This document shows, one piece after another, positions 51,388 to 64,000 of a stretch of 64,000 bases of DNA. Below the pieces are notes generated by a model. The model worked only from the letters and a program-made list of their open reading frames with translations. It was not told the DNA's origin and made no database searches. The stretch's first letter is position 1. Every line of letters starts with the position of its first letter. The DNA lies in the NCBI GenBank assembly GCA_021613535.1, contig CP075495.1, forward strand, positions 4,402,001 to 4,466,000. Reading direction: 5' to 3'. Made by a program: the position numbers and the translations under genes. Origin of the DNA: Adineta vaga. Its lineage: Eukaryota; Animalia; Rotifera.

Positions 51388-54300
51388 ATGTAGACTTTTT
51401 ATGTTTGAACTATTTGAATCAATAAAAAAACAACCCAATAGAAATGAAATGATTGATAAATTATTCGATTCAACCAATTATCATAATAATACATCTATCT
51501 GTAGACGGTGTTAGATTTCAATAATCTAAGTGATTCATAAAATACTTGAAAAATTTTCATTTTTCGTATGCTCTTTTGCTGATGTATATGATCGTTCTCA
51601 TAATAATATCATTTGTTAGTTATGTGGTTTTAAAAAGGAATCTTATCCTTTTGGTTTCTTATGAAGCAAAAGGGAGAATTTTCTCTCTCAAATAATATTT
51701 GCGAAGTAAATAATTTTAAAAAAATTCATTTTTTTCTGAAGAATTTTAATTAGAAAATATTCTATTAGAAGAAAGAAAGTTTGTCATTATTATAATTGAC
51801 AAACTAAATAATGTAGAATAATTCTTTCTGAACATTTTCTCTTATATTACGTACAAAAATGACATGATAGAAAGTTAATAAAGCAAAAGCAGACGTTTTC
51901 CGTGGTTTTCTTCTCCTTCTACTTCGTTTTCTTTTTCTTTTTTTGTTCTTTACTTATTAGCTACGATTGAAGCATTCTTTTACTTATTTTCTTCATTGTG
52001 ATATATAGCTGACGATAATGACAGTGTTTGAGAATCTTTTCTTTTTCACATTTCTTATATTCACACATCGATCGTTGTTATTTGTATATGTAAAGAAAAG
52101 AAATTGACGTGAAATATATGAGCAATCATGCTTTTTTCCTCATTCTAAGTAGAAAATAATAATGTCGGATCTGATTTCCGTGAGAGAGAGAAAAAGAAAA
52201 GTTTTATTTCAGTCAATACGAAGACAAGAATAACAGCATCAACAAAAGTTGTCATAAACGAAGAAAAAAAAGGTTCTGATTTAATCGAATTTCTTTGTTA
52301 TAATGCGTTTCTTTTCTTCACGTGTTATTGGTTTTCTTTTCGAAAGTAAATATTCTGTTATGGAATGATCATCAATCATTTCTCACTTTTCGGCTAAGTT
52401 CATTAGTTTTTCAATTCATGTCTAGGTAAATAGTTGTTGACGACGTGGAAGAGAACATTATTTCTTTCTTTCTTTCTTCTTTTTCTCAATTTATTAAATC
52501 TTTCCTACCTATATGAAAAACATTGAATAGAAACAAAGATAAGTTGTGCTTGATAGAGCAAGAAAATTATTTAGTCAAATCTTTCCTACTGACAATTGAT
52601 AGAGGTATCTGTTCTAAGCATCTTAATAGTGTGGGATGTTAGAATAACTAATAAGAAAAGACAAAAGAAAAGAATGAGAAAACATTTTTGTCTATTTATT
52701 TCAAGCTCACATTAAGTTCTTTTTGCTATCGCACATTGGAGTATCGATATGGGCTAGCGAGAATATGTGCGTGTGTTGACACGACGCCTAATTGCTTTAG
52801 CTTGTGTATTTGTTATGAACAAAAGCACACTTCATCATCTTCATCATCATTATCATCAGTATTCGGCTTCTTTTGTCTTTTAATGCATCTTTCGCTGACG
52901 ATTGCCTGAAGCAAATTTAAAGAAAATGAGGAAGAAAATTTCTGGATTTCTATTACTAAATATTCTATTTTCTCACATATCATGGTTTCACTTCCTCTGA
53001 ATCATTGCAGAAAATAATTTCTTTTTATACTTTCATTTCTTTAATGAACCACAATTTCCGTTTGTAACGATTGAATGCGTTGGATCATTTTAATGACAAA
53101 AGTATGATAAGTAATCAATATGCTTAAAGATGATCACAAACACCTTAGATTTATACTGTTATACTATCAATATCTCTACTATCATATTCAATAAGAAGTT
53201 TGGAATTGACAAACATTTATGAAAAAAAGCATTAATAAGAGAGAGAAAGAGAGAGAGAGACGAGCCGTCAGAGTTCTTCTATGTCAAGCAGAACGAGCGT
53301 TTGCCTGTTCGCTAACAGTGTGTCCCGCTCAATTATGCGCAACATAACGCGCAAATGTGTGTATATAGTAAAGAGAAAGAAGAAAAACTTAGAGAAGTCT
53401 TCTCTGTCTTTCTCTCTTTTTCTTGCCTAACACTAATTGTTAATGTAGAAGACAGACGGCAGACGCGGAACAATCGCTACGCAGTAGAAAAGTAGAGAAA
53501 GCAGCGTAGCAGCAGGAGCAGCAGCAGTAGTAGAAGAAGAAGAAAATGCAGTAGAAATTTTTTGTAAGCAAACGAACAAGAAAAATCTCGTCGAAGGCGA
53601 GTAACAGAATGATAGCAATGATGATCTCATCTATTGCATGCGTGGGCTATTTAGGCGATCTACTACGATATAGAGAATGGAAAGCGAAGAGGAGAAAAGC
53701 GACCATATGAAAAAGAACGGCTATTGCATTCGGTGACTACTTTGGTCGCATCTCTCGTTCTTACCGATTCTGATCTGATATAGACAATGTTGAGATGAAT
53801 CTCTTTCTGTATTTGTGTTCGGCGCGTGCTTCCTCGTTTGTCCATACGCAATTTGTACCTACGCATCTTCTCTCTCAGTCTTTTCTTTAGTTTTCCTCTC
53901 TTTTCTTTTTCTCTTTATCTTTACATCTGTGCACAGTTGTCAGAGACGTATCTCGCTCTATTGTGTCTATTTTCTATGTACATAGCAACTATCTTGGAAT
54001 ATTTTTCTCCTTTTCTACTATTGCTTCGAGCTCGATGTATTAATATTGGGAAATACATATATATACCAACTGAACTTGCTACTTGTAATGAATGAATGAC
54101 TACGAGTATCTCTTCGAACAATACTATTCAAAGGTATTAAAGATTAACTTATCGACTATTTGTATAAGAATGTTATCAATTCAATGATACTTTTTGCATT
54201 GATTTATCTTATTTCTATTTTTCTTTTTGTTTCTCTGTTTCTCTCTCTGTAATGACATATGAAAAATCATTTGCTTACGATAGCACTATCGATACATGTC

Positions 54301-54587
54301 AACCTTCAACTACATATCTGTCTCATTAGAAAGATCAAACGAAGTGGAAAAGAGAAAAAAAAGAAAAAAAAACACAATTATGTATTATATGCCGATTTTC
54401 ATCTATCATTTCATTCACTGTCGATATATGACAGTCATCTTTCTGTCCATCTCTCTCTCTCTCTCTCTTTGGTTTTTAATCTAGTCAATGAGTACAACGA
54501 GTTGTCAAAACATTCCTAGATCTTCTTTCATTTATTCTCTTTTTTTCCTATGTCAATTTTAGTAGCATTACAGATGAGCCACAAATA

Positions 54588-57500
54588 ATGGCATCAACAA
54601 CATCCACAAAAAAAGAATCGTCAACATTGACATCGACAGCAAACACGCATGTCCGATGTCTTCCATCACCGCCTACATATCGTCTAACGATTGCTGATTT
54701 ATTTGATACTTCAACTGGTGGTGGTAAACCACGACTTGAACGTCTTCGTGAGCATCTTTTAGCTGAAGGACGTCTTGAAGAAGATGCAGCACTGATGATC
54801 ATTGAACGTGGTGAAGTTTTACTACGTTCAGAAAATACTCTTATCGATTTAGAAGCTCCAATAACTGGTAAATATATTCTTCAAACAAAAAGTCTTTCTA
54901 AAGAATTCTATTTAGTATGTGGTGATATACATGGACAATTTTATGATCTGATGAAATTAATTGAAGTTGGCGGTATGTAACCTATTTTTAGCTTAACGTC
55001 AAATTAGTTAAAGGAGAGAAAAGGAACGGGGATGACTTTTTTTCTGACTAAAACTAAACTGTCACGAATGATTTAGTAAAGAAACTTCACGTTTTTTTTC
55101 CTTCTATCTGTTGTTTTATTGTGTCTTTTTCTATTCAGGTTCACCAGCAACAACGAGATATCTATTCATGGGTGATTATGTCGATCGAGGATATTTTTCA
55201 ATTGAATGTGTTCTTTATTTATGGGCACTTAAAATTCATTATTCCAATACATTTTTTCTTCTACGTGGCAATCATGAATGTCGACATTTAACTGAATATT
55301 TTACATTTAAAACTGAATGTAATTATCAATTAAAAACAACTAGCAAATCATTTTTCTTTTCCTTTTCATATCCAGGTAAAATCAAATATACTGAACGAGT
55401 TTATGATGCATGTATGCGTGCATTTGATTGCCTGCCATTATCGGCTTTAATCGATAAACAATTCTTTTGTGTACACGGTAAAAAAACAAATATATATTCT
55501 TTCGAGAATAACAAATAAGATTTCCTTCTACGTTTTTTTCTCCGAATAGGTGGACTTTCTCCTGAAATTCATACATTAGATGATATTAAAAAATTAGACC
55601 GTTTTAAAGAACCACCACCCTATGGACCTATGTGTGATCTATTATGGAGTGATCCTGTTGAAGATTATGGCCATGAAAAATCTCATGATGAAAAATTTTT
55701 ATTCAATGCTACACGTGGTTGTTCATATTTTTATACGTTTAAAGCTGTGAATGATTTTCTTGTTCGAAATAGTTTATTAACTGTTATACGTGCTCATGAA
55801 GCTCAAGATGTAGGTTATCGAATGTATCGAAAATGTCCATCGAGTGGTTTTCCATCATTAATGACAATATTTTCCGCACCGAATTATCTCGATGTTTATC
55901 AAAATAAAGCTGCGATACTTAAATATGATACAAATATTGTTAATATTCGACAATTCAATTCTTCTCCACATCCCTATTGGTTACCGAATTTTATGAATGT
56001 TTTCACATGGTCATTGCCATTCGTTGGAGAAAAAGTTACGGAAATGTTAATAAATATTTTGAATATCTGTAGTGAAGAAGAACTTATACATGAATTATCG
56101 AGTGATCAACCCAATGATAATGATAATCAATTTCGTCGTGAAGCTATTCGTTCGAAAATACGTGCAGTAGGAAAAATGGCTAAAGTTTATGCATCATTAC
56201 GTGAAGCGAGTGAAAATGTTATCAATTTGAAAGGTCTTGCACCTATGTCAACATCCCCATCGACAACAAGTCTAAATGAACTTATGGATGATGAAGGAGA
56301 ATCATCCGAACATCCGAAAGTACCTACTGATTTTTCTTTTTCAACAGCAAAAACATTCGATCAAATAAATGAACGTATGCCACCATGGTCTGATGCTGAA
56401 CGTAAACAACGTCTTGCAAATAAAAATTCAACGATAAAAGATGATTCAAATCTATCGAATACTGATAGTGATAATGAACGAAATGAATCAACCAACAATG
56501 AAAGAGAATCAACACCTCAAACACCTATTCTTGTTATACAAAAAGATGATGAAAAAATTCTCAATGGAATCGATAAGTAAGAATTTTTTTCTTCTAACTT
56601 CATTTTAAATCAGAATAAACGAAGTTTTCTTTAAAATAAAATGATGTTTTGTTTTTCTTATGAAATCATCGCGTAATTATTTTGTAGATAAAGACAGAAA
56701 GATAAAGTCCGATAATTCTACATGTTTCCTTTATGTTCCTTCTTCAGTCACCAGATGTGTAATTAAACGATAACTGAAAGAGAAATATCGAGAAAAGATT
56801 CGAACATCTTTTTTTCCCATATTCATAACACTTAACCTATGAAAAATGTTCTGCTTTTCATCTACTTTTATTAGATAGAGATATTTGAACGACAGATTTT
56901 TTTGTACTTTCCTATCAGACGAAATCTGGTTTGATAATTATGATATATTTGTCTTCTCATTGATTTATTTAGGTCTGCAATTACAAAACCAATTCAAACC
57001 AATTCATCTTCGTCTACTTCTCCGTCATCTTCAAAACCTATTTCATCTTCAACCGGTGATCGACATACTGATCTTGAACAAATTGACATTAGATTTGATA
57101 AAAATCATCATGATTCTATATCAAATTCGAAACATTCCACCAATAATTCAACAAGTAGTGGTGGTGGTGGTTTTTCACTTAAGAATCCCGTCAGTTCATT
57201 TCGTTCGTGGGTATCAAATAAAAAATCTTCACGTGAAGGATCAAATACGTCATCAATGAATCATTCAATGACGACCTATGGTAAAATCGATACATCACCA
57301 ACTCCACGTAAATCATCGATGAGTTCCAATACCGGTCGACGAAATCGAACGAATTCAGCATCAGCAACAACTTCATCATCTGTTCTTAATCATAATCAAC
57401 AACAAAATCAAACAAATTCTACTACTACTTCTTCTTCTTCATCATCATCAGCAGCAACACGTGTAAAAAAGAAATCATCATCGGCATTACGTAATACCAA

Positions 57501-57657
57501 TCCTATTACATTACTGAAGCGAACATCGGATACAAGTCATAATCAAACGGATGTATCACCAATTGAACAAACAGGAGCAGGAGGAGGAAATGGACCGTTT
57601 GGTTATTTTAAAAATCTTGTAAGAGGCGACAGTAGTAGCAGTGAAAAAAAGCAGTAG
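54588..57657 (+). CDS. PPP3C: Calcineurin A catalytic subunit (PPP3C) with extended C-terminal tail
   Basis: [53 protein letters not shown], calmodulin-binding [12 protein letters not shown], autoinhibitory [16 protein letters not shown]. Unspliced stop at 56580; the spliced form (intron 56577-56972) ends at 57657. Confidence 0.95.
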
Positions 57658-58103
57658 CCTGTCGTGCGAGTGTGTGGTTTTGTTTTCATTTCTTCTTTCT
57701 TTCTAATTTCTTTTGTTGTTGTTCGTTCTTTCTTTTTTTTTGTATATAAGAAACATTCTTGATTAAATCGAAAAGAGATATTCAATGATTAGAATATGCA
57801 CACACACACATCTCTACATATAAACAGCTGTTAGAAATCTTCTATACACTTGTGTTCATTTAACCTTTGATCATATTTGATCATTAACCTTTGAGAAATC
57901 AGCTGTTCATATAAACATAGAGATCAATTGATAATAATAATCAACGACATTTCTACTTAGACGATGTTTATATTCTTAAGACTGAAATATATAGTTATTG
58001 GTTATCTTGGATCGAGTAAAAACAATCGATTACGAAATCAAAAAACATCTTTCCTTTTAACTTAATCAAATTATCATCGTCGATTGATTTTATTAAGTAA
58101 AGT

Positions 58104-59527
58104 TTAATAATTCATTTTCTTTCTTGCTTTGATTTCTTCATTGGCAATATCGTCGATTAATTGAACAATTTTATTATGATATCGTTCTTCGGCAAGTTGT
58201 CGACCATTCCGTTGATGACTAACATGAACATTAATATATTTATAACCATGATCAACAAGCCATTTTAATCGTTTATAATTTCCTTCACTAATTAAACGTA
58301 CAATATAAGCATCAAGTTCGGTTTTAGCTTGAACACGATTTGTTAAAACACAATATTCTCGTAAAGAAATTTTTTTATAATCAGGATGTCGTGCAGTTAA
58401 ATCAACATTTTTATCAAGTAATAAACGTATTAGATCATTTTTAGATTGATAATGTAATGCTGTAACAAGAGCATTATCATATTCACCTTTAATACTTGGA
58501 TCAGCATCACGAAATAAAAGAAATTTTGCTGCATCATTTTGTTTCGCTGTTATTGCTGTTAATAAGGCTGTTTTAGTAAAATTTTCCTGAGAAATTTGTT
58601 GAATATTGATATCAATTTTCCATTGCGTTAAAAAATAATCTAATAAACGTATGGAACCAAGTTGAGCCGCATAGAAGAAACCATCTTTGGCTAAACTATT
58701 TTGTCGATTTTCATTACGAAGATTTCGAATAAATGTATCACAACGACGAACATCATTTAATTTTAAAATCGATAAAAATCGTTGTTGAAATGGAGGAAAT
58801 TCTAATCGACGATGAATCAAATTCGCTAGTTGATGATGTTGTAATTCACAAGCATATTCATATGCATTTAAAGTTTTTTGAATAAATTGATCCGTTAGAG
58901 AAGATAGTACTGGCACCATGACCGAAAAAACAGATAAAATTTTTCATTTTCTATTCAAATCTTATCTCAAAATAGATGATCTGTTATTTAAAACTCACTG
59001 ATCCATTTTCTAATTAGATAAGAAAAGCAAAGAAAATCTGAATATTGTAATTAGAATCTAACATATCATACTACGTCGAATGATCTTAATTACATCTAAT
59101 CAAATAAACGACATTGATTTCAGTAAATATAAACAAAAATAATGAAATCTAATCTATTGAGAAGAAGATATCGAGATACTACTTAAAAACTGATCTAGTT
59201 TACAAAGCTAATAGATAACTTTCTTTTTACAAGATCAAATTTATCTCGATTTATACTTACTGTATATGATTTCTTCAATGGAATTTCCATTTGTAATAAG
59301 AATTTAACAAATTGTTCATTATTACGTTCTATAGCATAGAAAAGCAATGGTTTTGTTGGTTCATCATTTGATTCATATTGAAGAATATCAAAATTTTTAA
59401 CAAAATTTTCAAATCGTCGAAGATGACCACCTTCAACTAATCGTATACAATCGATATATTGTGTACCATCATCTTTCATAACACTATTACCAATCGTTGA
59501 GTTTTCATATTCGAGCACATCTTCCAT
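58104..59527 (-). CDS. Ankyrin repeat protein (two segments; the joining acceptor is non-canonical)
   Basis: PLLFYAIERNNEQFVKFLL, FFYAAQLGSIRLLDYFL, TALLTAITAKQNDAAKFLLFRDADP; phase-0 donor at about 59260. Confidence 0.7.
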
Positions 59528-59824
59528 TATTATTGAAAATTAATTTCGTACGAAAAACTCAAATTACTTTGATCTTTAATATTTTTCTTCTGAAAACTCT
59601 TACAAGTTTATTTGATTTGATTTGCTAAGCAACATTACTTCTGTGTTGTTTTTTTTCTCGATCTCTTAATAAAGAAATATCTGATATGCTATGTCAATAA
59701 AAACAAGAATGAAAAAAATCTTCTCACAAAGTTACTCATGTCTTGTATCAATATTTATGTTTCGAAAATTGACATTTTCCTCAATGTGAATATTTTAAGC
59801 GCGTTCAAATTCTTTACATTTCAT

Positions 59825-60241
59825 ATGGGTTCATACTTTTCATCGAATAAAACAACAACATTTGATGAACGCACGCAAGATTTTTCTCAGCCAGTGAATC
59901 CATATGTAAATAAACTACATGAAATAACTACAGAAAAGGAATTAAATCAATTAATTACCAATGTAGAGAATAAAAATATCTTAATCTTGTGTGATTTCTA
60001 TGCTGTTTGGTGTCAACCATGTTTACAGTGTGCACCAATATTACATAGATGGACGTTGAATGATTATAAAACATGTGTTATTTTCATAAAAATTGATGTA
60101 GATAAAAACGATAATCTAGCAAATCAATATTCAATTAATGTTCTACCAACTTTTGTTTTATTTAAACAAAGCAAAGAAATTTTTCGTATGTCAGGAACTG
60201 ATCTCGATAAACTTAAACAAGAAATTGATAGATTAAAGTAA
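59825..60241 (+). CDS. Thioredoxin (WCQPC) with putative N-myristoylation
   Basis: DFYAVWCQPC, FIKIDVD, YSINVLPTFVLFK; probable start MGSYFS. Confidence 0.9.
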   Translation: MGSYFSSNKTTTFDERTQDFSQPVNPYVNKLHEITTEKELNQLITNVENKNILILCDFYAVWCQPCLQCAPILHRWTLNDYKTCVIFIKIDVDKNDNLANQYSINVLPTFVLFKQSKEIFRMSGTDLDKLKQEIDRLK

Positions 60242-60885
60242 GATTCAAGATAATCGTATATTTATCTAACAACAACAACAAAAAGAACATTGAGTCACTC
60301 AAAAGATTTTCCAATTGATATAAAATGTATAATTTACATTTCATCCCATTCATTATTATCATCTATAGCAAGTATAAGTCATTAGAATAGAATTTGATGT
60401 TTTAGTTTTCATCAATATAAATATTAATTTCTAGGTAGAAGAACACATTATATGATCTGTAATTTATCCTCATATCATTGTTCCGTACTTTTTCTTCATT
60501 GAGATAGCATCACTACCGGAGAAATGATTGCATCAATTTTCCAATGTATCTTCTACAATTTAGTTTTTTTTTCCGAAATCAATACAAGTATTTCATTAGA
60601 AAACTAGTAGCAATAGCAGCATAGCAAACAAACAAAAACACACGTAAATATATGCGACAAGAATCTTGAAGAAAACTTAGGAATAAAAAAAAGAACAAAG
60701 TAAAGAGAAGGTTATCGGTCAAGAAAAAAGAAAACAATGGATGAGAAGATGATACTATAAAAACAAAATCAAAGGTAAGGAAATAGGTTAAACATCACCA
60801 ATTGTTTGTCGATTTTGAAAATAATCAGTCTAAGCAACAAGAAAAAATAGGAAAGAAGTTTTTTTTTTATGAATATATCATTTGA

Positions 60886-62722
60886 TTACTTACATAAAGT
60901 TGTTGCACATGAGTTGTATTATGCATATCTCTTTCACTGTTATCATTGCTAGCAAATTTATCATATGAACGTCGATAATGTTTGTCAATTGATTTTAAAT
61001 AAATATCACCTAACTTTAAAACTTCATTGGGTTGTTTCGGTACAAAAGGTACTAAAAATATAACAGATTTAAAAGATTAATTTTGAAGGAAATGAATATC
61101 ATTTATGGATAGATGAATATTTCATTTGTTCAGTCTTTCGAATGAAGTTATTTCCTCGAAATTCTTACCTTTATTTTGATTTTCCTCACGTTCTAATAGG
61201 ATTTTATCCATTATTTCCGGTGATATTTCCATTCTCTCTTGATCAAGACGTTCTCGAGCACGTTGAATACTTCGTTGTAATTGTGCTAATGTAAATCGAC
61301 ATTCATGAACTTTACGACATACAACACTATACATTGATGATGCTAGACCAGAACCATATGAAAAAAGTAAAATACGTCGACCATATAATTGTTCTTCATT
61401 TGGTTGACTAAAATCGATAGAAGTTTTCATTGACGAATGAAAAAATCCTAGAGAATGAATTTTACCTGATTAAAAATGAAAAGAGACTATAATAAACTGA
61501 TGGTGTATACATATTGCCCATATTTTGTGCAAAATAAACACCTGGTAAAGTTTTCTGTTCATATAATTCTCTACTTTGTTCAATCATTTCTCGTTCAAGT
61601 TCTTTATCATTTACCAATGTACGAATATCAAGATTTCTAAACGAAATTCTTCAGCCAAATTCAAAGCAAAATAAAGATCTTACTTATATTTATCTGTGAT
61701 TGTACTTGGTATATATGGACAAGCTCGAATGAGATCATTTAAATATAATCTAGCAAGTGATTTTTGTGCAAGTTTGACGTATGGAGTATGAAATAGGACG
61801 GCTGCAAATGTTGATAGATTAACTTCACGTGATGTCAATGTACTAGCATGTGTATGTGATTGAGATTCATGATTCATTTGAGATTTTGTACAAAATTGTG
61901 TATAACATGTATCAAGTGCTGAAATGACACATTGAACACTTAATTGACCATCAACAACTGGATAAAGAGAATTAAAATTTGGTTTATAAAAATCATAAAC
62001 ATGTGCCATATGTGTTGCACGACACCCTAAATATGAGGATTAGCGAAAAGAAATGAGTCTATTTAATATGGAAATATTTCAAATAGAAGATATACCGGAT
62101 TCAAAAACAACAGGAGCATTCGGACCGATTAGAAGAGCACAGGCACCAGCACCACCTGTAGGACGGGCATTCCCTTTTGGATAGACAGCTATGTCACCCA
62201 TAACCACAACAGCCTAAACAAAAAAGATCAAATATCATTTGATTAGGAACGTTATATTCAATTGATCTTTTGTATTACATATCGTCCATCCCAAAAACTT
62301 GATTCGATCCAATGGATGGCATTGAATATAGCTGCCGTGCCTCCATAACAAGCATTTACATTATCTACACCTTCAACAGCTGTATTGTCATGATCAACAA
62401 ATAATTGCATGAGAACTGTTTTGATCGATTTAGCTTTATCAATTAATGTTTCTGTTCCAACATCTAAACGACCTATTTGTTGAGGATGTACACCGGTTTC
62501 ATCAAGTAAACGCGATAAAACAGTTAAACATAATGAACATATATCTTCATGATCAGAACATATTGACATCCGTTGTTGTCCTAATCCAATTGTATATTTG
62601 CCTTTTGAAATATTCTCATGTGTTTCTAATTTCGATTGTTCAACATAAAGTGATGGAATGTAAAGTTCACAAGCAAGAATACCAACAGATGATGGACGAT
62701 GTAAATAACCAGTTCCGTTCAT
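60886..62722 (-). CDS. HMGCS: Hydroxymethylglutaryl-CoA synthase
   Basis: [70 protein letters not shown]. Confidence 0.97.
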
Positions 62723-63474
62723 AATTTTGTTTCTCTCTAGAAGTAAAAGTTTAAAGAGTTAATATAAAAGTATTTATGGCCTTCAATAACAAATAATAAA
62801 CAATGGAATGTGTATATGTTATGTTGAATGGTTGATTGTTGGATACCAATTTTAGACAGATGCAATATATATGACTCATTCAATCACGGGAAAAAAAGGA
62901 GAAAAGAAAGAAGGAATAACATTAATGGCACAGAACATATCTAATAAAAGAAGTAAAGGGTAGTTGGCACTAGTCTACTGTCGCTTTCACATATGAATAT
63001 ACAATCAATTTTCTAGATTAATCACGATTTAATTTGTTCTCATTATATCATCAAATAAGAAAAATATTCAAAATGTTCTTTTGTTTAAACTAACGATATA
63101 TCTATCCATTTTTTGTTATGCAATTATTTAGCACAAAAATGCATACTTAGTTAAGCATATTGATCCTTACTATAAAATTTCATGTTTTTGACGCATTTAA
63201 ATAATGATGAAATACGACTGTAGCAGAAGGTTTTGATTTACTGCACGAAATAGAAGTTTATCGATCAATATTTTCTTTGTATTTATAGATACGTTATATA
63301 TGTAAGCAAGTCGTATAAAGCACAGAAAGCTAATATATACATGAACGCATTTCAAAATATGCATTATCAATTGATGATTCGTCGCTTTGTAGCATAATGA
63401 AAATTTTATTAATTAATTTATGGATATTATTGAAAACTAATTTGTTATGTAAAATAATGATTTATGTTTGAGAT

Positions 63475-63870
63475 AAAAACGCACTACCATGTGGATGTGG
63501 ACAAGTACCAGTAGAAATAAATTCACGAATTATTAATGGTGAAGACGTCGTACCTAAAAGGTGGCCAATGATGGTAATTAAAATAAACACTGTTATGGTG
63601 GAACGATTCTTAGCGAATCCTATGTACTAACAGCGACTTATTGTATCGATGATTTGCCGAGCGATGTAAGATATGTTGGAATATCCATTACATGGCACGC
63701 ATTTAGTCGTCATTGCATGGTGACAATCAGAGGGAGATGGTGTTTTTCCCAATGTTTTACAGCAAGTATCTATTAATATGATACATTATCTTGATAAACA
63801 ATGTGCAAAATCAATGTCTAATCCAAATATACACTTGTGTGCAGGAGTAGATGAAGATGATAAAGATAAA
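63475..63870 (+). pseudogene. Degenerate trypsin-like (S1) serine protease
   Basis: PCGCG...SRIINGEDVVPKRWPMMV, then a frameshift to HCYGGTILSESYVLTATYCID (TAAHC changed to TATYC), later HLCAG; stops and deletions throughout. Confidence 0.8.
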
Positions 63871-64000
63871 ATTGTTTTATTTGTAATATTCAATCGTTTT
63901 CAATGAAAATATTATTGAGAAATATTTTCAGAGTCTTATTTATCGAACACTACAAGAGATAATTATCGAAGCTGGTATGTACGCTCAATTTGAACGTGAT

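Noticed and set aside
51400-54580. Many short ORFs upstream of calcineurin A
   Set aside because: Derived from GA/CT microsatellite-rich regulatory or UTR sequence; no recognisable domain.
57818-57918. Short duplicated motifs (TTAACCTTTGA x2, CAGCTGTT x2) in the calcineurin 3' region
   Set aside because: Too short and irregular to call an array, MITE or structured RNA.

Overview
AT-rich (roughly 70% A+T), gene-dense eukaryotic nuclear DNA with very short GT-AG introns (mostly about 50-65 nt) and a strong CGT/CGA Arg codon preference. These features, plus intronless plant-like genes, suggest a bdelloid rotifer or similar microinvertebrate (inference). I assembled about 26 protein-coding genes by hand, in order: NRDE2, pyruvate carboxylase, MCRS1, GNB1L, NADAR, a neuronal calcium sensor, TMEM138, GBA2, an orphan with PAM2 and eIF4E-binding motifs, INPP5E, an F-box/PP2-lectin, an ankyrin-SOCS protein, PFK, a BAP18-like protein, a CD225/dispanin, a CYP450, a tetraspanin, a beta-trefoil/PSAP-PPxY orphan, histone H3.3, a CREB3-like factor, GOLT1, an SLC46-like transporter, calcineurin A, an ankyrin protein, a thioredoxin and HMG-CoA synthase. 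A serine protease pseudogene ends the window. I recognised no tRNA, rRNA, CRISPR array or intact transposon. Main points of interest: (1) an operon-like co-oriented cluster with tiny spacers and unpaired 3' splice acceptors (candidate SL trans-spliced polycistron); (2) an orphan protein combining three PAM2-like motifs with a YxxxxLphi eIF4E-binding motif; (3) two intronless plant-like HGT candidates; (4) a calcineurin A tail carrying its own PxIxIT-like motif; (5) a CaaX-extended TMEM138 with a 10-nt GT-AG insert; (6) a run of reading-frame disruptions in four consecutive genes, which may be assembly error. All family assignments come from recognising motifs, not from database searches.
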